Shown: positions 10,911 to 22,410, numbered from the stretch's first letter. The stretch: 32,535 nt of DNA from Octopus sinensis (GCF_006345805.1 NW_021832463.1:1-32535), one strand, 5' to 3'. Notes: generated by a model from the letters alone, not told the origin. A program made the numbers and translations.

Positions 10911-11586
10911 ATCAGAAATACTAAATTTCTAAATCTCTCGTAGAGACATGTACGGTGGTGGGGGCGATAGAATGGCTGTATACTGTCAATCTAACACGAA
11001 CGTGACAGTACACCACCGCTGTTTAGCCCTAGGAAGCATCGACGCCTCCTGATGGCTTTGACACATTTTTCCTGTGTCCTTATATACATTTACGAAGGGG
11101 AGACAAATACCCCCGGCCGCCCGGGCTGCATCTTGGGACACGTGTTTCAGAATGATTGTCCTTCGGCGGCCTACGTACCCCCTACTGTCACCTTCGTGTT
11201 AGATTGACAGTATACAACCATTCTATCGCCCCACCACCGTACATGTCTCTACGAGAGATTTAGAAATTTAGTATTTCTGATTTTGATAATCAGTGTATAG
11301 ACTTCACTGAAATTTAGATATATACATTGCGAGTCGAGACAAATATCGTCAGCTGACCGGTGTCTGCTACTCTAGGCCGACGAAGGACAATCATCCTGAA
11401 ACACGTGTCCCTAGATGCAGCCCGGGCGGCTGGGGGTATTTGTCTCCCCTTTGTAAATGTATATAAGGACACAGGAAAAATGCGTCAAAGCCATCAGGAG
11501 GCGTCGATGCTTCCTAGGGCTAAACAGCGGTGGTGTACCCCCCCCTACTGTCACGTTCACGTTAGATTGACAGTATACAACCGTTC
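10911..11586 (+). mobile_element. Retrozyme-like non-coding element: inverted partial copy (10911-11173) + 360-nt monomer (11175-11534) + terminal redundancy (11535-11586), with 13-bp TSD
   Basis: The reverse complement of 10911-11173 matches 11373-11534 followed by the monomer start. gtacccc..tactgtcac recurs at 11175 and 11535. Flanks are cattgtcattgaa (10898-10910) and cattgttattgaa (11587-11599). Confidence 0.85.
11371..11415 (+). ncRNA. Type I hammerhead ribozyme motif (U4C core, palindromic helix III)
   Basis: tctagg-CCGACGA-agga caatca tcct-GAA-ACACGTGT-C-cctaga; predicted cleavage after C11409. A second, more mutated copy lies on the minus strand at 11131-11173. Confidence 0.8.
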
Positions 11587-11861
11587 CATTGTTATTGAAT
11601 CAGGCTGAAACGTATAATGGGAATTAGGTTATAAACGGAGAGGAACTTCGTTATGGGAGCCATTAATTCAATTGCTTGCAACCCTGAGAATAATTTTCTG
11701 ACCTTACAATTAATGACCCTAGATTAATGAACAACACAACTGAATTCAGCTTAGCAAGATTTGACCACAACCACACAAAGAACAACTCAAATTCCTAAAG
11801 CACGTGACTCTGCTTCAGGATGTCCGATATATACATACAATTACATGAATAATCTTAATTA

Positions 11862-12262
11862 GGGCGATCGATCGATCCAGTCGGTAGCGTTGGACAAAAT
11901 TCCATGCGGTTTTTATACTTATTACATTCTCATTTCAAATCCTGCCCAGGTCAACTTTAACTTTCACCCTTCCCGGGTCTATGAAATAAATTCCAATCGC
12001 AGAGCAAAGAATTAGTAGAATTCGTACAATATTGTGAAAATTCCGGTAATTGTTACTCCTTTTTATGCTCTGAGTCCAGATTCAACCCTAATGAACTTCA
12101 CATTTGAGTCTTTTAAGGCCGATAAAAGATAACTCGATTTCAGAGTAGAGAACACTCAAATGGCTTTGCAAAACCCCGTCCAGCTTTTCACCTTTTGAGT
12201 TTAAATCCAACCCAGCTAACTTTGCTTTTGTCCTTCTGGACCCGATAACAAAAAATTCCAAT
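11862..12262 (+). mobile_element. Three consecutive, highly decayed family-A-like SINE copies
   Basis: Three recurrences of a degenerate B-box plus aactt..ctttca.cctt..gggtc.at.aaat domain, about 130 bp apart. Confidence 0.5.
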
Positions 12263-12303
12263 TCCAGTTTCAGAACGTAATGGCAGACAAATAGAAAGGA
12301 ACA

Positions 12304-12515
12304 TTCTTTTCTATTCTAGGCACAAGGCCCGAAATTTTGGAGGGGGCTAGTCGATTAGATCGATCCCAGTACATAACTAGTAGATAATTTATCGACCCCG
12401 AAAGAATGAAAGGCAAAGTCGACCTCGGCGGAATTTGAACTCAGAACGTAACGGCAGACGAAATACTGTTAAGCGTTTCGCCCGGCGTGCTAACGTTTCT
12501 GCCAGCTCAACGCCT
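12304..12515 (-). mobile_element. SINE family A monomer (alternative 3' tail ccttgtgcctagaatagaaaag)
   Basis: Full head and central domain match 5851-6074. Confidence 0.9.
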
Positions 12516-13501
12516 AGGACTTGTAGATATTATGGAAAGGAATATTATAAGGCTGCGAATGGGCAAAATGGTTATCACACGAGACAAAATTCTGAGCAGC
12601 ATTTCTGCTGACACATTAAGTCCTGCTCGGTTAAATTTGTCTTCTTGACTTTTGGGTCGATAAAATAAAAGACTAATCTTTCACCGTTCCTCCCCAATTC
12701 GCTGACCACGAATCTTTGACCAGTATTAATCTAATCTAAGCCTCGCGATGACGAAAATCCTTTCCGCTCTCTAATTATGAATTTTTACATCTTATAATCC
12801 AATCCCATCTATGGTACTTTAATCTATTTTTCCTTCCACAGTCAATAAATTACGTCACGTTAGATTACTATTCCATCAAACCGCTTATACCCATAATCTA
12901 AATTGCAGGAATTTTGCCAACGCTAAAAATTCCATACTGACCTTATCAGTGTTGAAATATGTATTCCACGCGATCTGGATTTGAACGTAAATTACAGGAC
13001 GAAGCGGTTTAATACAACGATCCCTTTAGTCCACCTCATTACTGTTTCTGCTATCTCGTTATCGCCCACAACGTGCAATTTATTGAATTAATCCCAATGT
13101 TGTACTAATTCAGACCAAGATGGCTGCACATGCCTAACATATCTGAATGACTCCTTTATCTCTCAGCGTGTTTAACAAGCGTTAAACGTTATACGACACG
13201 TCAATTTCAGATGTTTTGGACCGAGGTATCTTGTCAAGCTTATCTAATTAATACAGTGCACAACCATTTATGTTATTGCATAATAAAAATAATGTAATTC
13301 GATCGGATCTGGCACATATACAAATACATAATGAACATATTCATCTAAGCATGTCAGGAATGCATGTTGTTCAGACGTATATACTGACACAAACACACAC
13401 ATGTTTGTATGTATGTATGTATACTTAATATATGCATAATTGTATGTATTTGATATTTTCTTATATACAATATCAGCAAATATATTAGGAATAGATATTC
13501 A

Positions 13502-13669
13502 GCAGGAGTGGCTGTGTGGTAAGTTGCTTGCTACCCAACCACATGGTTCCGGGTTCAGTCCCACTGCGTGACATCTTGGGCAAGTGTCTTCTGCTATAGC
13601 CCCGGACCGACCAATGCCTTGTGAGTGGATTTGGTAGACGGAAACTGTAAGAAGCCTGTCGTATATATG

Positions 13670-13700
<31 letters not shown>

Positions 13701-13930
13701 GTGTGTGTGTGTTTGTGTGTCTGTGTTTGTCCCCCTAGCATTGCTTGACAACCGATGCTGGTGTGTTTGTGTACCCGTTACTTAGCGGTTCGGCAAAAGA
13801 AAACGATAGAATAAGTACTGGGCTTACAAAAGAATAAGTCCTGGAGTCGAGTTGCTCGATTAAAGGTGGTGCTCCAGCATGGCCGCAGTCAAATGACTGA
13901 AACAAGTAAAAGAGTAAAAGAGTAAAATAG
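13502..13930 (+). mobile_element. SINE family B, full length, with internal (TA)n(TG)n and (AGTAAAAG)n tail
   Basis: A-box tggctgtgtggtaag, B-box gggttcagtccc, CORE-like cttgggcaagtgtctt; possible short TSD (tattca). Confidence 0.92.
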
Positions 13931-14159
13931 AGTATTCAATACAGAATTCTACGAGAATTGAAAGTAATTAATGATTCTTCGTTATAAAATGTGATGTGTG
14001 GAATAGCTCAATAACAATTCGTTTTGAAGCATTTCTATTAAAATTAATATACGCTACACATCCAGGTCATAATTGTGTTTCCCCTAACGTTCTGGATTTG
14101 CATAAAAACAATCCGAAGCATTACCAATTCTGCTAACATATTTGAACCAATCTGTGTAT

Positions 14160-14304
14160 TTATTTATTGCCCACAGAGGGCTAAACTTAGAGGGGAAAAA
14201 GAACAGACAAAGGGATGGAATCGATTACGTTGACTCCAGTGCTTAACTGGTACTTATTTAATCGACCCCGAAAGGATGAAAGGCAAAGTCGATCTCGGCG
14301 GAAT
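14160..14304 (-). mobile_element. 5'-truncated SINE family A with 14-bp TSD
   Basis: atttgaaccaatct at 14140-14153 and 14306-14319. Confidence 0.85.
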
Positions 14305-14634
14305 AATTTGAACCAATCTATAATTTATAGATGAACACGACCGTATGAATCCCGTGTATGAAATGTCAGGAATTTAAATATTCCGAATATATTTTATAGA
14401 TTTAGTGTTGCAGAGTGTATCAATGTATTAATATTGAACCAAGTAACTATTTCTCAAAGTAAATGAAAAAAGCACCGGAAGCAGTGAAATAAAAACAGAA
14501 CGTTCAATAAAGCTGGGCTTTAACCCTTTTACTTCCGGTGTATCCGTTCGTCGTGTCTTTCAGTGTTAAACGTAACCTGTATAAAAATTATGTAGTGAAA
14601 TAGTTGGATATCTTACAACAGACAATTAACCATA

Positions 14635-14677
<43 letters not shown>

Positions 14678-14704
14678 GTTGTTGTTGTTGTTGTTGTTGT
14701 TGTT

Positions 14705-15236
14705 AGCAATACTTTTGTTAGCCGCTCTCCAGCCATCTATTTAAAACTGTATACAGCTATGGTACGACCACACTTGGAATTCGCATCATCAGTTTGGAAC
14801 CCCTATCTTGCTCAGAACATTGACCTCCTGGAATCTGCCCAGAGACGTGCAACCAAACGCATACCCTCCATCAGACACCTACCATATTCTGAGCGCCTTG
14901 TTTCCCTGGGCATGGATTCACTGAAGCTCCGGCGTCTGGCGACGGACTTGATAAACACCCACAAAGTTATCAACCACCTCACCAACAACAACACTGAACA
15001 CCTTTTTGATCTCCATGTGTCTAACACACGTGGACATGCCTACAAAGTCAGAAAACAACACAGCTCCCATGCCTTTCGGAAACATTTTTTCACGCTCAGA
15101 GTTGCTGAAGCATGGAATAAACTGCCTGCGTCAGTTCTTGACTGCCATGACACTGCATCCTTTAAGGCCCTCATGCTTTCCGAAATCCGCCGAAACTACA
15201 CCTGATTATATATACACTTTAGATGTACTGTACACA

Positions 15237-15237
<1 letters not shown>
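14705..15237 (+). mobile_element. 5'-truncated CR1-clade LINE: C-terminal part of ORF2 (stop ends at 15205), short 3' UTR, (ATT)n tail
   Basis: Open frame SNTFVSRSPAIYLKLYTAMVRPHLEFASSVWNPY...LESAQRRATK...YSERL..LG..SL..RR..DLI...TRGH..K...FFTLRV..AWNKLP; these are typical CR1 post-RT motifs. Confidence 0.9.
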
Positions 15238-15324
<87 letters not shown>

Positions 15325-15424
15325 TTATTATTGTCATTGTTATTATTATTAAAATTATTATTATTATTACTATTATTATTATTATTATTATTACTACTAC
15401 TACTATTATTATTATATATTATTA

Positions 15425-15467
<43 letters not shown>

Positions 15468-15484
15468 CATTATTATTATTATTA
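15238..15484. repeat. (ATT)n microsatellite; (TTA)n/(TTG)n also at 14636-14704
   Basis: Direct reading; these tracts flank the CR1 fragment. Confidence 0.95.
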
Positions 15485-15838
15485 AAATTCAGGCATATTC
15501 TAATTTCGTGGTTAATTGGTTCGAAGGCATGATAAGACTTAGCTCGAAATACGACGTAACGTGATAAAGCATTTCATAAAATTATTTGCTAATGTCAGTT
15601 TTGATAAATGATTTATAGTTTTTTCACATGTATTTTATTTGATGTTTCACTTCAATATTGGATTTTAAGTATTTTAAAGAAAAAATTGCACTTTTAAATA
15701 TATTAAATGGGAACGAACTGAAATTGAATAAATCGACGGAAAGTGAGGTTTATTTTCTTTACATTAATTTCTTTAAAAAAGGAAGCGAAGTTCATTCCAA
15801 CACGAACAACGTAACGCGAAACGACCCAATTTAAGATA

Positions 15839-16249
15839 TACTCTTACTCTTTACTCTTTTACTCTTTTACTTGTTTCAGTCATTTGACTGCGGCCATGCT
15901 GGAGCACCCCCTTTAATCGAGCAACTCGACCCCGGGACTTATTCTTTGTAAGCCCAGTACTTATTCTATCGGTCTCTTTTTGCCGAACTGCTAAGTGACG
16001 GGGACGTAAACACACCAGCGTCAGTTGTCAAGTAATGCTAGGGGGACAAATACAGACACACAAACACACACACACATACATATATACGACAGGCTTCTTT
16101 CAGTTTTCGTCTACCAAATCCACTCACAAGGCATTGGTCGGTCCGAGGCTATAGCAGAAGACACTTGCCCAAGATGCCACGCAGTGGGACTGAACCCGGA
16201 ACCATGTGGTTGGTTAGCAAGCTATTTACCACACAGCCACTCCTATGTC
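15839..16249 (-). mobile_element. SINE family B, full length
   Basis: Reverse complement of 13502-13930 with high similarity. Confidence 0.92.
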
Positions 16250-16344
16250 TATGATTTTAGTTTAATTAAATTATAAAAATCCTGATGGGGTCAACTTTGT
16301 CTTTCATCATTCCGGAGTCTGTGGAAACTTTAAACTGACACTCC

Positions 16345-16660
16345 GTTCGTTTGGTCGACGAGAGCTGCACTTAATCCAATGAACAGAACAGCATGCTCGA
16401 GACAATAAAATGCAAGTGGTGGAACGCTCAACGGACACCCGTGCTCTTAGCCTAATTCTTAGGCAGTTTCCACGTGACACAGAATATGACAAAGTTTTCC
16501 CTTTTGGATTACAGTCGCAACTCTTTATTTGCCACTTAAGTGGACTAGATCGCATGACAAATGAAGGTTCTTGCTCAAGGATACAGCGCGCCGCCAGGAA
16601 TCGAACTCATGGCATTATAACTGTGAGTTGAATATCCCTAACTACTAAGCCACGTGCCTT
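16345..16660 (-). mobile_element. SINE family D (tRNA head plus CORE-like domain), apparently inserted into an old family-A copy
   Basis: Minus strand ggcacgtggcttagtagttaggg...gagttcgattcc...tatccttgagcaag. Family-A-like remnants lie at 16278-16320 and about 16675-16700. The left (3') boundary is approximate. Confidence 0.7.
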
Positions 16661-17254
16661 CGTGATGAAGGACCAGTGAAATAAAGGACCAGTGAGATAC
16701 TACGTGCTCCAAATGTCTACTCTTATACCTTTGAAAAATTCCGTGTCGTTTAATCTGCGCTTACGTTTTTGCGCAGATGAACGAACTTAGCTTTTTTTAT
16801 GAAAAGTGACTCGATACTTGGTGAGTTCACAGAGGCAAACCTTTATATCATTCTCGATTGATAACCTCACATGAAATTTGTTTTGGCTATTAACGTTACT
16901 GACAACTTTGTTCACAATGATAAATGGACAGGAAGAGCTAAAGGTTCATCAGACGTTTTCTACAGACAGGAGTTGTTTTTAAGTTGGTTCTGATTACTTC
17001 AGAATTCCAATGTTTTTACAAACCTGACATCCCTCTCAGAAACAGTTCAAGGACGACAAATTCAAGCAAACAAACGCGTATTCTAACAAACCGATAATGA
17101 AAGCACAACGGATCGCCATAAAACTTCATTCACACGTGTCAGCTTATCTCAAAAGAAAGGCCGCCATATTAACTCTAGCTACACACGTTATCAGTAATGG
17201 ACGACCAAAAAAACAAGAACGTTATTACTATGAAGAGAACTGAAGAGAAACAGC

Positions 17255-17754
17255 AAAACACACAAACACACACACACACACAACCACACACACCAACACA
17301 CACACCCACACACACACACACACGGAGACACACACACGGAATCAATGAAAGCCTGAAATGAAAACTACAGGGAGACATAGTGGAAGATATGTAAATGTGA
17401 TACATATATATACACACACATACACGCATATACAAATATAGATATTTATACAAGCAGACATATATGTATACACGCACACAGATATGTAAATATGTATATG
17501 TAAATATATATATATATATGCATATTTATATATGTTCAAATGTATGTAAATATCTATGTATGTATGTATATATATGTATATATATATATAAATATTATAT
17601 ATATGCATATTTATATATGTTCAAATGTATGTAAATATCTATGTATGTATATATATGTATATATATGTATATATATATAATATGTATATATATATAGGCA
17701 TATAAATATGTATACATATATATATATATATATGTGTGTGTCTGTATATATATG

Positions 17755-17851
<97 letters not shown>

Positions 17852-17890
17852 GTGTGTGTGTGTGTATGTATGTATATGTGTGTGTGTGTA
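17255..17890. repeat. Compound (CA)n/(TA)n microsatellite region
   Basis: Direct reading. Confidence 0.9.
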
Positions 17891-18444
17891 CAAAATATAT
17901 AGCGAAATATAATCATCAAACAATTTCATGATGGAACATCGAAAACGTTTGGACGAAACGGAAATAACCTAACAAAAATATAATTTATGAAAACAAAACA
18001 ACCAGAAACACACTAGCCACAGGAACAAGAACAAGAACAAGGACAACAACAACAACGACAACAATACAACCACAACTAACACCACCAAAGCAACAACAAA
18101 AGCCAGAGGAATATCAGTTAAAATGTTCAGCAAGAACACTACAATAAGAACAACGAGGAAAGAAAGGAACGACAAGAATAATATAAACATTGAACAAGAT
18201 AACTATATCGCAAAATATATTGCTGTAAATATTATCTTTTAAGCGTTACTTGTTATACTGAATGGGCTATGGCCACGCTGAGACACCTCCTTTTAAGGAA
18301 AATGTACCTGTTACATTTTTATTTTTCGTCTGGTACTTATTCTATTGGTTTCCTTGCAGGAACTAATTCAGTTACAAAACAGACCAACAACAGTTGTCAA
18401 GCGGTGGCGGTGATCTAACAGAAACGTATACATAGTTGGAATTT

Positions 18445-18605
18445 ACAAAAAGAAAAAAAAATAGACGAAGACGGGTGTGTAAACAACAAACAGATGTATT
18501 AGTTTAACGCTCGGGAAATGAGAAAGTCGTTTACATTTCGAGCCTACGCTCTTCGACAGGAAGGAACACAGAAATAAACAAAGAGAAAAAAAACTCTGTA
18601 CGTGT
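18445..18605 (-). mobile_element. HHR-like repeat family H-B; motif at 18527-18564 (core CUGUCGA)
   Basis: Minus strand ccttc-CTGTCGA-A-gagc gtag gctc-GAAA-tgT-A-aacga; flanks align with 25503-25686. Confidence 0.7.
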
Positions 18606-18724
18606 CTATACCTCGTAGAATTCAAGCTGTAATTAGTGCCAGAGGCAGTCGTAGCCCTTACCAAAATAAATCTGTTTGAAATTTTAATCTATTACCGTTA
18701 TTCTGCCCAAACCCTGTATATGTG

Positions 18725-18821
<97 letters not shown>

Positions 18822-18861
18822 GTGTGTGTATATATAAAGGGCTTTGTATGATTGTGTATAG

Positions 18862-18903
<42 letters not shown>

Positions 18904-19367
18904 CAAAGAAATTCCAACTCTATTTTTTATGTTTTATTTATATTCTTTATAATATTAATGTAGAATATATAGTATAAATAACATATATATATAGTAAAAC
19001 GAAATGAAGTATTGATTGTCTTATTGAATAGATGAAATATTGAATATCAAATATTAAGGGACTAGTATACTTTCTTGTATTATAGCAGTCTTCAAGGTCC
19101 CATTGCTACAGGACGTCACCAACTGTGCAAACAACATGAAATGCGTAAACAACGAGAGTAAAACAGGAAACAGGACGACTAAACACAGAGAAAGGACCCT
19201 TCATCAGTTGTCGGCTGTCTATCTACTCCACATTCCGGGCGTTGAACGACAATATGAGCCTTCAAAGACAGTTGGTACCATAAATTCTACAAGAAAATTT
19301 TGGATTTATGGAAGGTCAAATTCGGAAACAAAAACAGGACAGTGGAGACATAAAGGATATATATATA

Positions 19368-19578
19368 AATGTGACCGCGTGTGTACCGTTGGCGATTTTT
19401 TCCCCTCTGTCTTCCCTTCTCTGCATCTTTCCTTTTCCTATGTTTCTGACGAAGAGCTACGCTCGAAACGTAAAACCCTCCTTCTTCCCTTCCTTCCTGA
19501 GCGTCCAATAATACTATATTTGCTCCACGTTCTCGCATTGTTGTGTTTCCTCTTGGTGTTTTCATGTTTGGATTAACT
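19368..19578 (+). mobile_element. HHR-bearing repeat family H-A (Penelope pLTR-like)
   Basis: Homologous to 4720-4902; flanked by (TA)n. Confidence 0.82.
19442..19476 (+). ncRNA. Minimal type I hammerhead with canonical core and palindromic ACGU helix III
   Basis: gttt-CTGACGA-A-gagc tac gctc-GAA-ACGT-A-aaac; predicted cleavage after A19472. Confidence 0.85.
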
Positions 19579-20207
19579 ATGTATATATATATATATATGT
19601 ATGTATATGTGTGTTGTGTGTGTGTGTGTGTGTGTTTATGTGTGTATGGATATACTTATATGGCTTTTCACATACATTCACTCTCGAAATATTGGTAGGC
19701 CCGGTGTTATAGCTGAAGGCCCTTGCCCTAGTTGCCACGCAGTGCGTTTGAAACCGAAACAGGGAAAGATTCACCAAATCTCCCTCAATTCACCCCCTAC
19801 CGTCTCCAAAATGGATCAAGACATGATGGATAATGTCGTCCTTTGTCTTGTGGATTTCGTAAAAATACATGATGGTCACGTTTGGAACGTTGCTCGATAT
19901 GATCACTGCTAGCATTGGGTTAATCAACAAGAACTCGACCAAATTAACAAAACCACATCAACGATAACGTCAATGCCAATAGGCATAATGCAAACAAAGA
20001 AAAGTTAACGACAATGACACTTGATATATTTAATTATATCTTAATTAAGTGTTGACTGGATAATTAGAAAATGTAAACAAAAAATAACCGAAAATAAATT
20101 TTTTAAAATGCGAAAAAAAAAATGAAAAACAAAAGGAAATTTGAAAAATATGATATTTAGTGTTTTCACTAAGAGAAAGAAAACAATTAAACTTAATAAC
20201 TGATTCG

Positions 20208-20284
<77 letters not shown>

Positions 20285-20336
20285 TGCTGTCTCTATTACT
20301 AACTACTAAAACTACTATTAATAATAATAATAATAA

Positions 20337-20552
20337 TCTACTATAGGTGCAATTGCTGAAATTTTGAGGATGCGGAGGTGGGGGCAGTCGTTTACATCAA
20401 TCACACTGTATCATTGGTACTTTATTTATCGACCCAGAAAGGAAAAAAGGCAAAGCCGAACTACGCGGAATTTGATCTCCGAATGTAAAGCAGGACGAAA
20501 TAGCGCTAAGTATTTTGCCCAGCGTGCTAACGATTCTGCAAGCTTGCCGTCT
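20337..20552 (-). mobile_element. SINE family A monomer, diverged
   Basis: Head, B-box and central domain are recognisable; lies between (TAA)n and (GAT)n. Confidence 0.85.
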
Positions 20553-20561
20553 TAATGATGG

Positions 20562-20598
<37 letters not shown>

Positions 20599-20602
20599 AA
20601 CG

Positions 20603-20654
<52 letters not shown>

Positions 20655-20670
20655 CAATAATAATTATGAT

Positions 20671-20828
20671 GGTAAGTGCGAGTAAAATGTATTCCATTGT
20701 TATATGTTATTTGGGAACCATCCCTAAAAATCTGAACAGATAGATAGAGGAAGTAAGCATAAAAGCCAGTTTAGTACAGTCGCGGAAAAATAATTTTATT
20801 AGGGGCAGCTAGGATACTATAAAAATGA
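20671..20828 (+). mobile_element. R4/Dong-like LINE C-terminal (RLE endonuclease) fragment
   Basis: YSIVICYLGTIPKNLNR*IEEVSIKASLVQSRK/IILLGAARIL resembles the PIVVGALG...LQK.VLLGTA.ILR ending of R4/Dong ORFs; it follows (AAT)n directly. Confidence 0.7.
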
Positions 20829-20829
20829 G

Positions 20830-21398
20830 AATAATCAAAGAACTTAAAATCGCAGATCTCAGAGTGGATCACCGATTATGCCCCCCTCCCCAAAATCAAA
20901 ATAGACAATAACACAACATCAAAAATAAATAGCATAAACCTGGCCGTCACGGAACTAATAGCCGCAGAAACAAATTTCAATATCACTGAGCTAAATGACA
21001 TATTACATGCAGCAGCCACTGCAGCCAGAAAATAATCTGGATAGTACCTCAGACCCATCCAAACAGGAGTACCACCACCCAAACAAACCATGTGGATAAA
21101 TGATATGGAAAAAAATAGAAAAAAAGAATACTATAGACGAGTTTGATCAATACTGAAAACAGAGGTCAATGCTAAAAACAAGATAATAGGTATCAACACT
21201 CTAGCTGTCCCAGTTATAAGTTATAGCTATAATATCCTTAACTGGACACTAAATGAACTTACCAAAATAGATAGGAAAACAAGAAAAATAATGATAGGAT
21301 CTAGGAGGCACCGCCCAAAATCTGACATAGAATGGCTATATATACAACGTATAGAAGGTGGTAGAGGCCTTATACTGATGGAAAACTATTATAAAATA
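20830..21398 (+). mobile_element. R4/Dong-like LINE ORF remnant with the RT core deleted
   Basis: One frame with a few stops: PLPKIK...ITELNDILHAAA...PPKQTMWI joined to KKEYYRRV*SILKTEVNAKNKIIGINTLAVPVISYSYNILNWTLNELTKIDRKTRKIM...HRPKSDIEWLYIQRIEGGRGL. Confidence 0.85.
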
Positions 21399-21593
21399 AA
21401 GGGGGCAGATGATAGTAAATTTACAGTGACAATGTAGATATTGGCCAAGTCTGTCATGTCTTGATTTGTATTCTACAGGTGCATCTCTGGATGTAATGTT
21501 TTAGCACCTGTAAATTACAAATGAAGACAAGATAGACTTGGCCAGTATCTACATTGTCGCTGTAAATTTACTTTCCCCACCCCTTTATTTTAT
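21391..21593. repeat. Long inverted repeat (about 90-bp arms, 21-nt loop); MITE or fold-back-like
   Basis: 21391-21482 is the reverse complement of 21504-21593 with few mismatches. Confidence 0.9.
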
Positions 21594-21870
21594 TTTATTT
21601 TTATCTTTTACTGGTTGCAGCCCAGAGCTGAGGTCATGCTGGAACACCACCTGTAGTTTGTCTACTAGCCTATTTTATTTATTTCTTTCCCCCTTTTCTC
21701 TATCACATGACTCTGTAAATGAACAATCTGCTGCGCTTGTTTTTAATGGCCTACAAATGTATGCAGTACGTTTCTCTGCCCTGGGTGTCAGGAAGACACT
21801 CGGCAAGAAATGGAAACAGAATTGAAAGAAGATATTAATGAAAACAATAACAACAACAACAACAACAACA

Positions 21871-21969
<99 letters not shown>

Positions 21970-22410
21970 GTTAAAATTGTAACACTAATAACTATAAATA
22001 TAACGGTTTCTTTTCCTCTACGATTGGTGAGGCCCAGCGTAAACTATATATTTCGGACGGTAAAGAGCGAAAATACTAAAACATGGAAGGATTTTCAAGG
22101 CGGCAAAAGACAAAAGACACCAAATAAATAAAACCAACAAAATCAAAGAGAAAGGAGAATTTAAAACGAGAAGCAAAAGTTAAAAAAAAAAAAAATAACA
22201 TAAAATAAAATAATTAAGAAATATCGATGAAAGTATTCTTTGAAAGTTGGAGACTGGGTTGGAGGGTGGGTGGGTGAGTTGGTGGGTGGGTGGGGTTAAA
22301 GAGAATCGGCTAATATATGACACTTGGCAACACCATCTGTTTCCATCGAAAGTTAATTGGCTTTCGTCACGCTAATCTAAGAATACGAAAGAGGCAAAAA
22401 AAATGAAACG

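Noticed and set aside
11360-11608. 82-aa ORF over the retrozyme-like element
   Set aside because: Non-ATG start and no recognisable homology; the sequence is better explained by RNA pairing.
16940-16955. Minus-strand ctgatgaa
   Set aside because: No helix II or GAAA partner downstream.
19100-19356. Repeat-like segment with minus-strand ctgatgaa at 19200-19207, and the 157-aa ORF at 19103
   Set aside because: A complete HHR could not be assembled; the ORF runs through unrelated repeats.
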